A stretch of 64,000 nucleotides of DNA, taken from positions 47,804,001 to 47,868,000 of the forward strand of contig OZ076409.1 of NCBI GenBank assembly GCA_964187785.1, given 5' to 3'. Made by a program: the position numbers and the translations under genes. Below are positions 1-13,094 of this stretch, in pieces; positions within the stretch are counted from its first letter, which is position 1, and each line of letters opens with the position of its first letter. A model generated the notes under the pieces. That model made no database searches. It had not been told where the DNA came from and was given only the letters and a program-made list of their open reading frames with translations. The DNA comes from Amphiscolops sp. MND2022. Taxonomy: Eukaryota.

Positions 1-373
1 GTGTTCAAGTTTAATCTGAAAATTTATCGGTTTCGATCTTGTCAGGAAGAACCTTCTTGTCCAGCGTGAATCATGATTACCTGTCAGATAGGTGGTCATG
101 CGTCAGTTGAGAATCTGTTGAGACTTTGCCGGTGTATTCCGCTTATGAGGGCTTCTTGACAAAAGGGAGCATAAAAGACACCACACTGAGTCAAAGGTCA
201 GTTTATGAAAAATGTTTAGTTCATAACAGCTGTCATTAATTTTGCTATAGAGAGATAATTTTCTGGGTCTGAAACAGAATAAAAAACGACCTAGAAACAG
301 AAATACGATACAAACGAAAACAAGACGCCCGCTAAGCACTAAGATATTTTCCGCTATAAATGTAACGCATCAG

Positions 374-437
374 CCCAATTTCGAACCCGGAACCTTGTGT
401 CTGTGAGGCAAACGCACTACCAACAGCGCCATGGAGG
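374..437 (-). repeat. tRNA-derived (SINE head / tRNA pseudogene-like) sequence
   Basis: Minus strand reads cctccaTGGCGCTGTTGGtagtgcgtttgcctCACagacacaaggttccgGGTTCGAAAttggg: A-box-like, B-box-like and an anticodon-loop-like CTCACAG; the acceptor stem does not pair well. Confidence 0.45.
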
Positions 438-737
438 AGATTTGGCCAGTGGAGTTCAAGCAACTTACTTGAACTCCACTAGCCAAATCCACTCAACTAC
501 TTGACTAATATATATAGTTACTTGACTATTTTAGTTGAACTGAAATAGTCAAGTAACTATATGAAATAGTCAAGTAGTGAAGTCTATTAAGGAACTGGGA
601 GATTTGGCAGAATTTGGAAAAAAAACGCAAACACAGATTATGATTTTCTTCCCCCAGTAAATGTGGGCGGAAAATAAAAGGACGAAAAGACAGGCAGGCG
701 GCCACAGACAGAGAGGAAGAGGGTGGGAGAGATAAAG

Positions 738-743
<6 letters not shown>

Positions 744-775
<32 letters not shown>
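744..775. repeat. (GA)n microsatellite in a purine-rich low-complexity tract
   Basis: About 16 perfect GA units. Confidence 0.95.
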
Positions 776-778
<3 letters not shown>

Positions 779-1480
779 GGTGGAGAAACAAGGAGTTAGA
801 GAACCAAACTAGATGCAGCAAGGACAGCGGAGATCTAAAACGATAAGGCACGCTTTTTAGAGAGACGCCTTTTAAAGACACGTTTTTAAGACGCAAGAAA
901 GATGCGGACAAAAAGGTGCAACAAAGATAAAGGGCAAAAGATTACAATTTAAACCAGTAGACAAATCAGTAAACAGCATACAGTGACAAATGAAATCGAA
1001 TGAGGTAACGAGCAAAGGGCATGAAGATAGAATTTTGACATGTGGATGAAATCAACATTTGTGAATCTCGAAGGAGATTGCACAAGAAAACGTTTGGAAG
1101 AGGGAGAGGCGAAACGAAGAAAGTAGAGAGAAGGAGAAGGAGAAGGAAAAAGAGAGTGGAAGAGAAAGCGAGTTCATAGAGAGAAGAAGACAATTGAAAT
1201 CAAGAACAATCAGACAAAAAAGTTATATTGAGACATTTATGACGATGAAACTGGTTTCGAGACATTTATATAGTATGCGTATGCTACTATCTTCTTTGCA
1301 TCGGTTTTTGAGGGTCAGAATCTCCGGTTCCACATTCTGCTTTTGCAGCCGAAATCCTTTCTATTCGAGACGTTTTTCCGAAAACAAACCCTGCTCTTTT
1401 AAGTTGAGTTCGGTAATTTATTAGAGTCATAAATAAAGTCATAAAACCATACACAAAGCGTGAATATCATTCAACGAAAA

Positions 1481-4400
1481 CCCTAGTCGAACGCCCCTAC
1501 ATTTCTTGCAAGAATCTTGCTGAAATGATATGTATCAGACACTAATCTGGAAGAATCTTGCAGGTATCTTACATTTCAGGCAAAGCTGTCAGATTCTGGC
1601 AGATTCGAAATTATTTGCAGATTCGGACGTTTCTCGCAAGATGTTTGCAGGTCAAGTTGATTCTTGCAAGCTACTTGGACGAATCTTGGACGACAATGTC
1701 TGGAAATTGAAAAAAACAATTCTGCAAGAAAATGCCTGGAAAGTTGTTTGTTGCCTCATCCAAATTGTTTTTTCAATTTTGCAATTTTAAACCCCAGAAT
1801 ATGTTCAAATTGAATGTAAACATGTAAATGTCTCGTTATGGAGTCGCGGACTTGAATGTGACCGAAGTTGTTGAAATATGATTTGTATATTTTAGAACTA
1901 CCGGTTTTGGGAGCTGCACGTTTGCGACGATGGTGACCTAGGACAACTGGTTCAGCCGCGTCCTAATTTAATGAAGGAACTACTCAAGTGTACATGTACG
2001 GTGAGATGGAACATACGTCAGTGCATCCAGAAAATGTACAGGTGTAAACAATTTTTGCTGCTGCTTAAAATAGATGCCGTCCAGAAGGTAATTTTGTTCC
2101 CATGAAGACGGAAGCAGCAGACTACGTCCAGAATAATTCTTCAAGGTTTGGGCATTCGGTCCACTTGAAAGCAACAAACTTGAATCGCATATGTCGAACG
2201 AACTCTTAAAAGGTAATCTTTGAATACGTGTACACATTTATGTTTATCTTTATCTACCTTTGTTTTGCTGATTGTCGAACCCACTTTGGGGGCCGCTTTG
2301 AAAGACCTCGGGAACTAGTCGACGGGCTATCTGCGTTCGACTTACTTATGATTGCCATCATTAGGTACTTCAGTTGGCTAAATTCTGAATGTAGGTCATT
2401 TATTTTCTTTTCATAATTCTCCTTCATTTCAGTCAATTGGGATGAAACGTCGGAGTTATCGTTTGTGTCAGAATCAGTTACGTTCGACTCGGCCATCACA
2501 TTACTCGGAGAGGTGTATTTTTTCTGGTGTGGAACTAAGAATTTTGCCGTTTCTGAGCTGAGTTCCTTGCTCTAGACTCATATGAAGAAGCCAAAATGAT
2601 TTGGGAGCGAAGACTGGATTATTGAGATGTTTTGATGATGTATTTTCTGTCTATGCCAATCTTCGGATAGCTCTAATTCACTAATTTGAACCACAGATGT
2701 CTTCTCGATGTACAAGTGAAAAAAAATTAGCGATATTTATCAAGGAGCAAAGTCTGAGGTAAATCAAGAGGAAGTCATCTATATTTCATCGCGATTATAG
2801 ATCTAGGTCAAAATTGATTATTCAGTATAATTGCAGACTAATTCTGAGATGAGTCAAAGATGAGATTTTTGAGAATCAGGTTTACGTGAAATATCAACTG
2901 TACGGTAGCTGGTCGCAATCTCCTACTGAGAAAAAAATATGGTAGTTCAAACTACAGTAGTTCGCGTGTCTTTTCTGGTTGGTAAGACGCAAATCTCTTA
3001 CCAACCCTCTTTTTATTGGCTGTAACTACTTGGTGCTAATTGGTATGTCACGTGACTAGTGTTGCGAACTGCCGCAGGATGGCTATTTACCATGGTAATT
3101 TTGCATATGAGCAATTAGTAGTGAATCATCAGCTGTACAGCGTTTCAAATTGCATGCACAATAACAATGGTTACTATGGAGATGGTAATAGGATGAAACA
3201 CTCACAATTGTATCATTGTTCAAGCCAAATTAGAGCAAAACACTACAAGCCATGAAAAAACGATGTTTCTTGGGTAAAAGTAGCAATATCAGATAATATT
3301 TGTATATAGAGATGGATTAGTGATGAAAATGCGAAATATTCATCAATATCTAGGGTTGAAAGAGCACAGAATGAAAATGCGATGAATTCTCTCTTGTTCC
3401 TGTCCAAAAGTAGCCCTTTTTAATTCAAGGATGAAAAAGAGATGGACCTCCCCTCTTATTAGCCATTTCCAGCACGAAATCAAATGGTCGATGAATTAAC
3501 CATGTATTTTCCACTGAAGCAAGTAAATCCAGCACAGTCGCTCTTTTATGATGAAATAAGGATGTGCTATCTCACTTCCCTGTTTCCTTAGTCATGTGAT
3601 GAATAAACGATGAGTTTTCTGTCTTAAGAAATGAAAGCACATTTGAAATTATTGAAGCACAGTCTAGCGATGAATTCATGATGATTTTTTTGATGAAATT
3701 TAAAGTCCCACGAAATCCTCTGATGGATTAGTGATGAAATAAACTAAATGGTCCCACATTCAGTTCACTCGCAAAGAGAGGATGAGTTTGCGATGAACTT
3801 TGGTAAAACATTATCGACTAGGCTTGTTGACAAATCCGCTGATGGATTAGAGATTTGTTATTGTAAGCACTGGTTTATGCGTGAGCAGTAAGTAAATGAT
3901 TCATTGGATGAGGAAATGATGAAGTTTCCCTCAAGTACGACTGCATAAACAAGTATTGGTAACTCTGGGATTATCAGCTGTTACGACTGTCGCTCTGAGG
4001 CGGGAGCTTATAGAAGTGACGCACTTCATCTCTTTTCTATCCTTCGGTCTAGTTTGACCGGAAAACTTCTCTCCCTTGTCGTGACAGGCCAATATTTAGA
4101 AATCATAGCACTTCATTGCTATGGGCATGATCACTTATGCGGACACCGGAACTAGAGCGCTCAGTATTTAGTAAATATAAATGACTCACACTCAGGGGGA
4201 CGGGAATTTAGGTACAAATAACGTAGGGTTGCTCACAACCATAGCTCTTATTATATGACTCCATATTGCCCATGTCTAAGTACATAAGATATAGTATTTA
4301 CATTACAGTTATTAAGTAGATTACACTGATGCTACAAAAACTTCAATTTTTTCCAGTTTACTTTTAAAATTCAGGCCGTTTCACCCAAGTTACTTCCAAG

Positions 4401-4642
4401 ATCAGGCATTTTCTTCCACGTTACTTCCAAGATCAGACATTTTTTTCCAAGTTTCTTCCAAGATCAGTCAATTTTTTCCTAGTTACTTCCAAGCTTCACA
4501 CATTTCTTCCTGATGTTGCAAGATCGGACATTTCCTTCCAAGATCTTCCAAGATACCTGCAAGAATAATGGATTGTCTTCCAAGATCTTGGAAATGAAAT
4601 CTGACAGATTCTTGCAGAAAATGTATGGAAGTTCGATTGGAG
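1481..4642. mobile_element. Degenerate non-autonomous TIR element (CMC/EnSpm-like, CCC terminus) interrupted by a solo LTR
   Basis: Left end ccctagtcgaacgcccctacatttcttgcaagaatc matches the reverse complement of the right end (ctccaatcgaacttccatacattttctgcaagaatc); subterminal tcttgcaag/ttccaagatc repeats; AA on both flanks. Confidence 0.55.
2273..4325 (-). mobile_element. Solo LTR (~2.05 kb) of a second LTR retrotransposon family
   Basis: TGT...ACA termini flanked by a perfect 5-bp TSD CTGAT (2268-2272 and 4326-4330); a gag-like ORF (2499->2254) reads out of its 3' end. Confidence 0.8.
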
Positions 4643-5630
4643 AACTCTCAAAAAGAGATGTCAGTCATAGCATGACAGTAACTTGTTCGTATTTAGGGAA
4701 AATAGTTTCCTTACATTGTATGAACTAAATTCTAGGTCAACCCGGATTGTTTTATGCCAAAAGTGATTGGACAAATGATTTCCATCAGTTTTCTATTTCT
4801 GATATTTCAATTACCCGCCCTTTGGTCGCCCTCTAGGATGTGTGAAATTTCAATGTTTCACTTTATTTACACTAGAACATTTCTAAAGGAGGCCTTGTTA
4901 TTGATAAGGGTATCATTTTTTTAACAGCAAAAGTTTTTTTTTAGTTTTCGTATATGTGGTTTTCTTTGAGAAGCTGTTATCGAACTGCAGGTTCTCAGTG
5001 TTGGATTTATTGCGCCGTTCCAATCTGTCATCTAATCCGTAACATCAGTGTGAAAAATTGTTCCACTAACTTGAAACCTATTAAAAGCGTTTTTTAAATG
5101 ATCTTTTTATTGGTGAATGTATTGATTTTGCAAGCCAGTTTGGCTACAAATCCTTTTTGACAGTAAATAATGTGTCTTCCAAAGAAGGAAAAAAGAAACA
5201 TCGCAACACTATTGTTCATTTTTGTTTTTCAGTCTCAGTTCAGATTGAGATTTATTTAACCAGTAAGCTCGGGATGAAGCTTACTTTGGGCTATGCTTAA
5301 CGGCGGTTATTAAATTCCTCGGCAATCCCATAAGAAGCTTTACCAGCAAAAGTTCAAAAGCCGCAGCTTTACTGAATCTAAAATATTATCAACCATAAGT
5401 AAATGAGAGATCAGCATAAGAGTCCTGAAACGTTTACAGGTTCAGTCGAAACTACTTTCAGTATAAGAAACTAAGTATCCTAGGTTAACAAAAATACAAG
5501 TCTCCAAAAACTCTTGCGAAAGGCGTCATTCCTTGGATGTCATTCATTGATTCCAATTTGATTTTTTTAAACGTTGTAATTTTTAAGTAACTGAAATCAT
5601 AGATCAGACTGAAGCTAATTTATTTTGTAT

Positions 5631-5945
5631 TTATTGTTGTAGAATTGAATCAGATCTACTGAGTCGAGGCAGTTGCTGCAGCGAAGAAGTTTTTCTACTG
5701 GGTCGAGGACTTTGGATCTCTGACTCAGTTCCCCTTCTAAGCAGTTTCCGTTTCTCTCTCTCGGCCTGCTTGAATCTCATTTCAGTGACCAAGTAAGCAT
5801 CCATCTCCTCGTCCTGTACACTAATCTGTTGACCAGGTAAAGCAGGGGATGATCTTGTCAAGGGGGATCCCCTCTGTGGAGGCACACAATCACCTGCTGC
5901 CAACACTTTAGAGTCGGTTCTGAAGGTGGGCAAGTTGCGATGCGC
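5631..5945 (-). CDS. Probable terminal coding exon of the ankyrin-repeat host gene (AHRNLPT...SDSILQQ*)
   Basis: ttttcag acceptor at 5946-5947; phase 0 matches the donor at 28145; 105 codons to a stop; more GC-rich than its flanks. Confidence 0.6.
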   Translation of the reverse strand, partial: AHRNLPTFRTDSKVLAAGDCVPPQRGSPLTRSSPALPGQQISVQDEEMDAYLVTEMRFKQAEREKRKLLRRGTESEIQSPRPSRKTSSLQQLPRLSRSDSILQQ

Positions 5946-7481
5946 CTGAAAATGGACGACAAACTGCTTGTAAAATTGCTCAATTGATCGTGAAATGAAA
6001 AACAGTGTAAACAAACAACAGTCGAACCCAAAAAAGAGAAAAATTAAAAATTTATTACCCGACATTTCGTCGTAATTTAGCTCACATATCAAAAATAGCA
6101 GTGACCCATTTCATTTTGAATTATTTCAATTTTCACCTTTTGGGCTGACAATGTAATTTCGCTTGTGTTTAATTACTTTGATGCAATCTGTAAAAAAAAC
6201 AACGTCATCTTTTGAGTCACGTAAAATGGTTGATGTAATTCATAGAATTTGAAAAGTTTGGGGGAGAAAACAATCACCAACCCAGCCACGTGTTTTTCAA
6301 TGGAATTCAAAAATTTGAGTCAACTATTTCTCTTGAATTCGGCATGATCAAAATACTTGATTCATAGACATTAGGCATGACTGCATTTGACAGTCAATAT
6401 ACAAACACATAGTCTTCCTGGGTGTCCTGCAAGGGGGCCTGATAGAAGATGGAAATCTGCTTTTAAGATATTACCAAATGTCGCAGGCTGCCGCCTGTGA
6501 CGGCACGAGAATCACTACGACCTCAATTGGACAAGAGTTAATGTCTGGCACTTTGCCAATATTTTGAAAACTAATATCAAAACAAACTACCGTTGCCTAA
6601 ATTATAACAATTAGTATATTTTCTACACAGTTGTTGTTTTTATTATTCTGTTATTGTTTACATTAGAAAATGCGGTTTGAAGTTTTAAAGTTGCAGTAAT
6701 ACAAGATAAGTGTTGTAAGCAATACAGCAGTATAACGTGCGAGTATGTAGCTTAACGGAAACGAGTTCAAGTGAATGAAACTCCTACTCCGGCGACGTCA
6801 CTTGAGCTCATCGTAACAGCCAATCAAAACTCTCCGTTCCACAGTGCGATACCTATTTTCAATTTTAATTGGCCGGATATGGCCACTTGACAGTAATATG
6901 TGCTTTTCTGCTTGGACATGAGGCAAATAGCCGATTCAGGCCATCCAACTAATTGTTACTTACAGTGGCGTAAAGATGGATATTTTGATAATCTGAAGTC
7001 ATGTAGCGCTATATTTATATTAGAAGATGTTAACAAGCCGCTCAGGTTTGAGTGATGCAATTAAAAATGATCAGTAGTAGTCCAAATACCCGTCTCTAGG
7101 CCTATCTTGGCCGCCCCTATTAACCGGATCCCAGTCAAATGGTCGTACCAGACCATAGTGCTGAAGATTACTGATCTCATATTATTCCGTTATTACATGA
7201 AACTGAGCTGTCAATTCATTGAAATTGCTTGTTTACGTTGGCACGTGTCGTAAATGGTTTACATTCCTTCCGCTGTAAAAAACTTTGAAGTGCCACATTC
7301 AATAATCTGTCAAAATACCATTAGTGTATTATTAAGAAATTTCTCCGTCTCCCATTGATGCTAATATTTGTTTTGGAAAGCAATCCTAGTCTGACGCATT
7401 CCATATTTTATGGAATTCCATGATAACGCTGTTCCGTGATTGGTATGTCGCCTGAATTATGTAAGAATGTGAAAAATGTGA

Positions 7482-7681
7482 NNNNNNNNNNNNNNNNNNN
7501 NNNNNNNNNNNNNNNNNNNNNNNNNNNNNNNNNNNNNNNNNNNNNNNNNNNNNNNNNNNNNNNNNNNNNNNNNNNNNNNNNNNNNNNNNNNNNNNNNNNN
7601 NNNNNNNNNNNNNNNNNNNNNNNNNNNNNNNNNNNNNNNNNNNNNNNNNNNNNNNNNNNNNNNNNNNNNNNNNNNNNNNNN
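7482..7681. other. Assembly gap (200 N)
   Basis: Run of n characters. Confidence 1.
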
Positions 7682-7861
7682 CACGTTATTCGTTAATTAA
7701 GCAAAAACAACCGTATATGAATACTAAACTAACAAAATATACAATTTCAAAAAATTCTCCCTGACCAACATTCCTGTCCCTGACCATCTCCCTGACCTCC
7801 CTGACCAGTTTTTGCTCTCCCTGACCGTCCTTGACCTCCCTAACCACGTGGCCACCCTGAA

Positions 7862-9448
7862 GAGTAATACCAATTTTTATAATCAGAGAAAAAAATTAGC
7901 TTCCAATTACAGGCCAATTTCTATTCTGGGTAACCTATCAAAGCTGTCTGAGAAAGTTATACATAAAAGATTGATGATTTTTTCTAGAAAAATTTGAAAT
8001 CCTTTCAGAAAATCAATACGGGTTTAGAAAAAAGAAAGATTCTGTCCGAGCCGCGACATCGCTTTTCAAACAAATAGAAGCAAACTGGAAGTCCTAAATT
8101 AAAACAAACTGTGTTTTCGCTGATTTCATGAAAGCATTTGATGCATTTGATCATGGCGTTTTATTGAAGAAACTGTATCATGTCGGTATCAGAGGTTTTT
8201 CCCAAAACTCTTGACGAGTTACTTAACAAATAGATTTCACTATGTAAAAATTGAAGGTAATTGCTCAACCATGAAATCAATAACACGTGAAGTCCCGCAG
8301 GGATCTATACTAGGCCCTCTTTTATTTCTTTTATATCAATGATCTGGGCGTCCATGAAGATTGGCAGAGTGAAATTATAAAGTATGCTGATGATACAGTT
8401 ATGATCGAGAAACAGAACACTCAGTCCGAGGATAAAACTTTGTTTCAAAGCTGGGAAAATAGGAATCACTTGGATTGTAATTACACTAAACCGAAGAAGT
8501 TCGCTGTTTTCGAGAAAAGATCAGTGAAACATCCGAACATAGTAATTGGGGACCATGAATTTTACTCTTGTGAGAGTTACAAAACATTTCGATAAAAATT
8601 GTACTTCGATAAACATAATAATCATGTTCCTGCCAAACTAGCGCAACATAGCGGAATTCTTTACAAATTAAGGGCAATGTTGAACGAAAAACAATGTATT
8701 CGATCATTTATATCACCTCTTGTTCAGTATGGCGTTCTTCTTTATGGACTGGGCCCAAAAATCAAATTGGACAAAATTTTCGTATTCCAGAAAAAGTTAA
8801 TAAGGATAGTCTTAAGGCTTCCCACCACGACCAGCGTTACAGAAAACTTCATAGATCGAAAAATCGGAACAGTATTTGAGTATCATGTCTACGAGATTCT
8901 GAAGTTTTCACTTAATCAGATACGAAATGGTTTTAAAACTCTTAGCATTGGAACTCAAAACAGACAAACAAGAAATAGAAGTCCAAACATTTGGAAACTC
9001 CCTACAAAAAATTATAGGCTGGATTGTCGTGCAATAATACTTATCAATGCCTTGCGCAAGTGGGGTGTTTTGCCTACTGACGAACTGATTTGTGAAATGG
9101 ACGAAAAATTTTTTCAAAATTTCAACCATCAAATTGCTGATCTTTACATTTTTGGTAATGGTGAATTAATTGATCTCGTTTACACTTAGAATTTTTTGGC
9201 TGGATAGATAGCAACGCTTGAATAAAAGTCAATGTCTACCACGCTTAAAAAATTAAAAAATAAAAAAAAAATTCTAAAGATTTCCCCTCGAAAAGCCTCA
9301 GTGCTTATGGGAAGCCTTTTCAGGGGCTATATTAAATTTTATTTGTACTCATATGTGATATTTTTCTACGATTATATATTCATATAATGTACGCAAAATA
9401 TGAATTATTATCTATAGTGCACCCTGATAAATTTAGTTATTATTATTA
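7862..9448 (+). mobile_element. 5'-truncated, decayed non-LTR retrotransposon (CR1/L2-group-like RT ORF2 remnant)
   Basis: Frameshifted RT motifs NYRPISILGNLSKLSEK, NQYGFRK, VFADFMKAFD, VPQGSILGPLLF, YADDT; C-terminal ORF 8599-9189; short (TTA)n tail near 9437-9448. Confidence 0.85.
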
Positions 9449-9486
9449 AGTTTCTCAACGAAAATGGTATATTCAAATATGAGAAT

Positions 9487-10972
9487 TGTGATAATCCTCT
9501 TGTGTACGATCCTCATTTATGACCACAGAGTCATTTAAATCGATGTTTTGTATGCTCAAAGGTTGCATCGGCGTTCTTAGTTCGTTTGAATTAGATGGCC
9601 TGAAAGGATTATCCTGTATCTCACATTCTTGATTTTCTGGTTCAGATGCGTTTTCTTCACCGTCTTCATTACTTATGTTTTTCGAGGTTCCTGCTTTGGG
9701 AGTGTTTTGTTCTTGATATCTTCTGTTTGGTACAGACTGTGTTCTTCTGTTATTTTTCATCTCTTTCAGTATTTTCTCCAGTTTTTCATCCATTTCTTTT
9801 CTTAAGTTTGTCACTTCTTTGTTCGTTTTATCTGTTATTCTTTGAGTCCAAATTTGCATTTCGTTTTCATTTTGTGTTCCGCTATCTAGAGTTATTTCTT
9901 CGTCCCTAACTGAACTAACATTTTCAAAGTTACTTAAAGTTTCAATAACAGTTTCATTACCTTGTGATGTCTCTATTTCTGATGCACTCAGTTCTCTCTC
10001 AAGCGAAGGTGATTGAATCCGTCTAGAGCTCCTATTCTTTCTGTTTCCCATCATAGTTAGGTGAAAACGATGTTTTGGAGAGAAGAATTTTAATTAGTTT
10101 GTTGGATTCAGTAAGACAAAGTGGAGTTGGTGAATTCGTGTACAGAAATAAATCATTGAAATTAGAATAGAAGTTGAAGGGTGAAAAAGGAGGTCTGATC
10201 AGTGTGAAGGTTTTTCCTTGACTGAGTTAATTTTATGAGTTCTTACTCTCCCTTTTTCAAACAATTTTTAGTAACATTACACCCCATTTTTTGAATGTCA
10301 CGCCGACATCATATTTACGCAATATCTAAAAATAGGGTTCAGTTCAATGTAAAAATAGGTTCTTGCATCATGGTTATAAATAGATTCTTACATGACGTAT
10401 GCTTTCTGCATTTTGATTGGTTAATATGTTAACTGCATTATTCCGTTCCATCGTTAATGGAAAGTCACGGCATCATGTAGTATGACTCATATTTAACGCT
10501 AATGTTAATCCCGACGTAGTACTGCACGTGTGATTAATTCAATGCAATGAGTAATACTCCAAAATGATGTAGTTAGCAAGTTGGAAAAGTGAAATTATGC
10601 TGCAGTATACTGCAAGCTTGGTGTGGTAGACTGGCTCAAACATTACTCTTTACATATCACTGCACTACGCAATTTGCGCATAATTTATGCATTTCATCAT
10701 AAATCACACTAGTCAATCACACACTTCATTTTTATTAACACCTTGCAATGTTTAGTAAGCCGATTGTTAAACAAATGTTATTCCACAGCTGCAATTGATT
10801 AAAATAATGAACAAATTTACACAAGGCTGTTAAGTAAAAGTTACATACAAATCCACGTAGTACAAGTTTAAAGAATGAAAGAGTTTCCTTTAATTTAAGA
10901 AGATGCTAGATGGTCGAGTCATTTGCCTCTATCGCTGCTCCGCGGGTCCAGCACAAGCTCTAGGCTGTGACA
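9487..10972 (-). repeat. Extra (duplicated) copy of the 3' LTR, 1486 bp
   Basis: Same TGT..ACA ends and same AGAAT flank as the LTR at 11609. Confidence 0.93.
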
Positions 10973-11608
10973 GGCCAGCATTTTTGAAGCAAAGGAGTGC
11001 AGCCTCGAACCCATCTAGATAGGCTCGTGACCTGATGTTCCGGTCTCGCACTGTTTCACCTGGGTATTCGGTGGCAATCGTGTAAGCTGCTAAGGCGTCA
11101 AGGGCTACTTCGTCATAGGTTTTTCCACACCAGTGACAGTTTCCCTGAACGTGAGGCATTACAGGCGGGTTAAGCTGCATCCTTCTGTGGACCGGCTGTT
11201 CCTGCGTACTGCTGTATGTTTGGGTAGGGTAAGTCTCGGCTACCCCGGGGTTGTTGTGTACACCTTGAGGGTCTAAATATAGTTGCCCGGCGGAGTTGTA
11301 ATAGTATCCAGAGTTATCTAGGTTACCAGGATGTTGTATGTTGGTTATTCCAGCATGTTGGAAAGGGATTGTTCCACGACCAACCAAAGCAGACATGCGC
11401 TGCTGAGTATTTGGGTTAAAGTTTTGGTCCCTTAGGGGCGTTTGCAGAATATATTAAATTTTATTTGTACTCATATGTGATATTTTTCTACGATTATATA
11501 TTCATATAATGTACGCAAAATATGAATTATTATCTATAGTGCACCCTGATAAATTTAGTTATTATTATTAAGTTTCTCAACGAAAATGATATATTCAAAT
11601 ATGAGAAT

Positions 11609-13094
11609 TGTGATAATCCTCTTGTGTACGATCCTCATTTATGACCACAGAGTCATTTAAATCGATGTTTTGTATGCTCAAAGGTTGCATCGGGGTTCTT
11701 AGTTCGTTTAAATTAGATGGCCTGAAAGGATTATCCTGTATCTCACATTCTTGATTTTCTGGTTCAGATGCGTTTTCTTCACCGTCTTCATTACTTATGT
11801 TTTTCGAGGTTCCTGCTTTGGGAGTGTTTTGTTCTTGATATCTTCTGTTTGGTACAGACTGTGTTCTTCTGTTATTTTTCATCTCTTTCTGTATTTTCTC
11901 CAGTTTTTCATCCATTTCTTTTCTTAAGTTTGTCACTTCTTTGTTCGTTTTATCTGTTATTCTTTGAGTCCAAATTTGCATTTCGTTTTCATTTTGTGTT
12001 CCGCTATCTAGAGTTATTTCTTCGTCCCTAACTGAACTAACATTTTCAAAGTTACTTAAAGTTTCAATAACAGTTTCATTACCTTGTGATGTCTCTATTT
12101 CTGATGCACTCAGTTCTCTCTCAAGCGAAGGTGATTGAATCCGTCTAGATCTCCTATTCTTTCTGTTTCCCATCATAGTTAGGTGAAAACGATGTTTTGG
12201 AGAGAAGAATTTTAATTAGTTTGTTGGATTCAGTAAGACAAAGTGGAGTTGGTAAATTCGTGTACAGAAATAAATCATTGAAATTAGAATAGAAGTTGAA
12301 GGGTGAAAAAGGAGGTCTGATCAGTATGAAGGTTTTTCCTTGACTGAGTTAATTTTATGAGTTCTTACTCTCCCTTTTTCAAACTATTTTTAGTAACATT
12401 ACACCCCATTTTTTGAATGTCACGCTGACATCATATTTACGCAATATCTAAAAATAGGGTTCAGTTCAATGTAAAAATAGGTTCTTGCATCATGGTTATA
12501 ATTAGATTCTTACATGACGTATGCTTTCTGCATTTTGATTGGTTAATATGTTAACTGCATTATTCCGTTCCATCGTTAATGGAAAGTCACGGCATCATGT
12601 AGTATGACTCATATTTAACGCTAATGTTAATCCCGACGTAGTACTGCACGTGTGATTAATTCAATGCAATGAGTCATACTCCAAAATGATGTAGTTAGCA
12701 AGTTGGAAAAGTGAAATTATGCTGCAGTATACTGCAAGCTTGGTGTGGTAGACTGGCTCAAACATTAGTCTTTACATATCACTGCACTACGAAATTTGCG
12801 CATAATTTATGCATTTCATCATAAATCACACTAGTCAATCACACACTTCAATTTTATTAACACCTTGCAATGTTTAGTAAGCCGATTGTTAAACAAATGT
12901 TATTCCACAGCTGCAATTGATTAAAATAATGAACAAATTTACACAAGGCTGTTAAGTAAAAGTTACATACAAATCCACGTAGTACAAGTTTAAAGAATGA
13001 AAGAGTTTCCTTTAATTTAAGAAGATGCTAGATGGTCGAATCATTTGCCTCTATCGCTGCTCCGCGGGTCCAGCACAAGCTCTAGGCTGTGACA
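11609..13094 (-). repeat. 3' LTR (1486 bp) containing an intact ~189-codon Gag N-terminal frame
   Basis: TGTCACAGCC...GATTATCACA on the minus strand; ORF 12176->11595. Confidence 0.95.

Noticed and set aside
374..437. Functional tRNA-Val gene
   Set aside because: Acceptor and T stems do not pair properly; more likely a SINE head or pseudogene
570..1193. Hydrophobic L/S/F-rich minus-strand ORFs
   Set aside because: Products of GA-rich low-complexity sequence
7436..7696. ORFs spanning poly-X
   Set aside because: Artefact of the N gap
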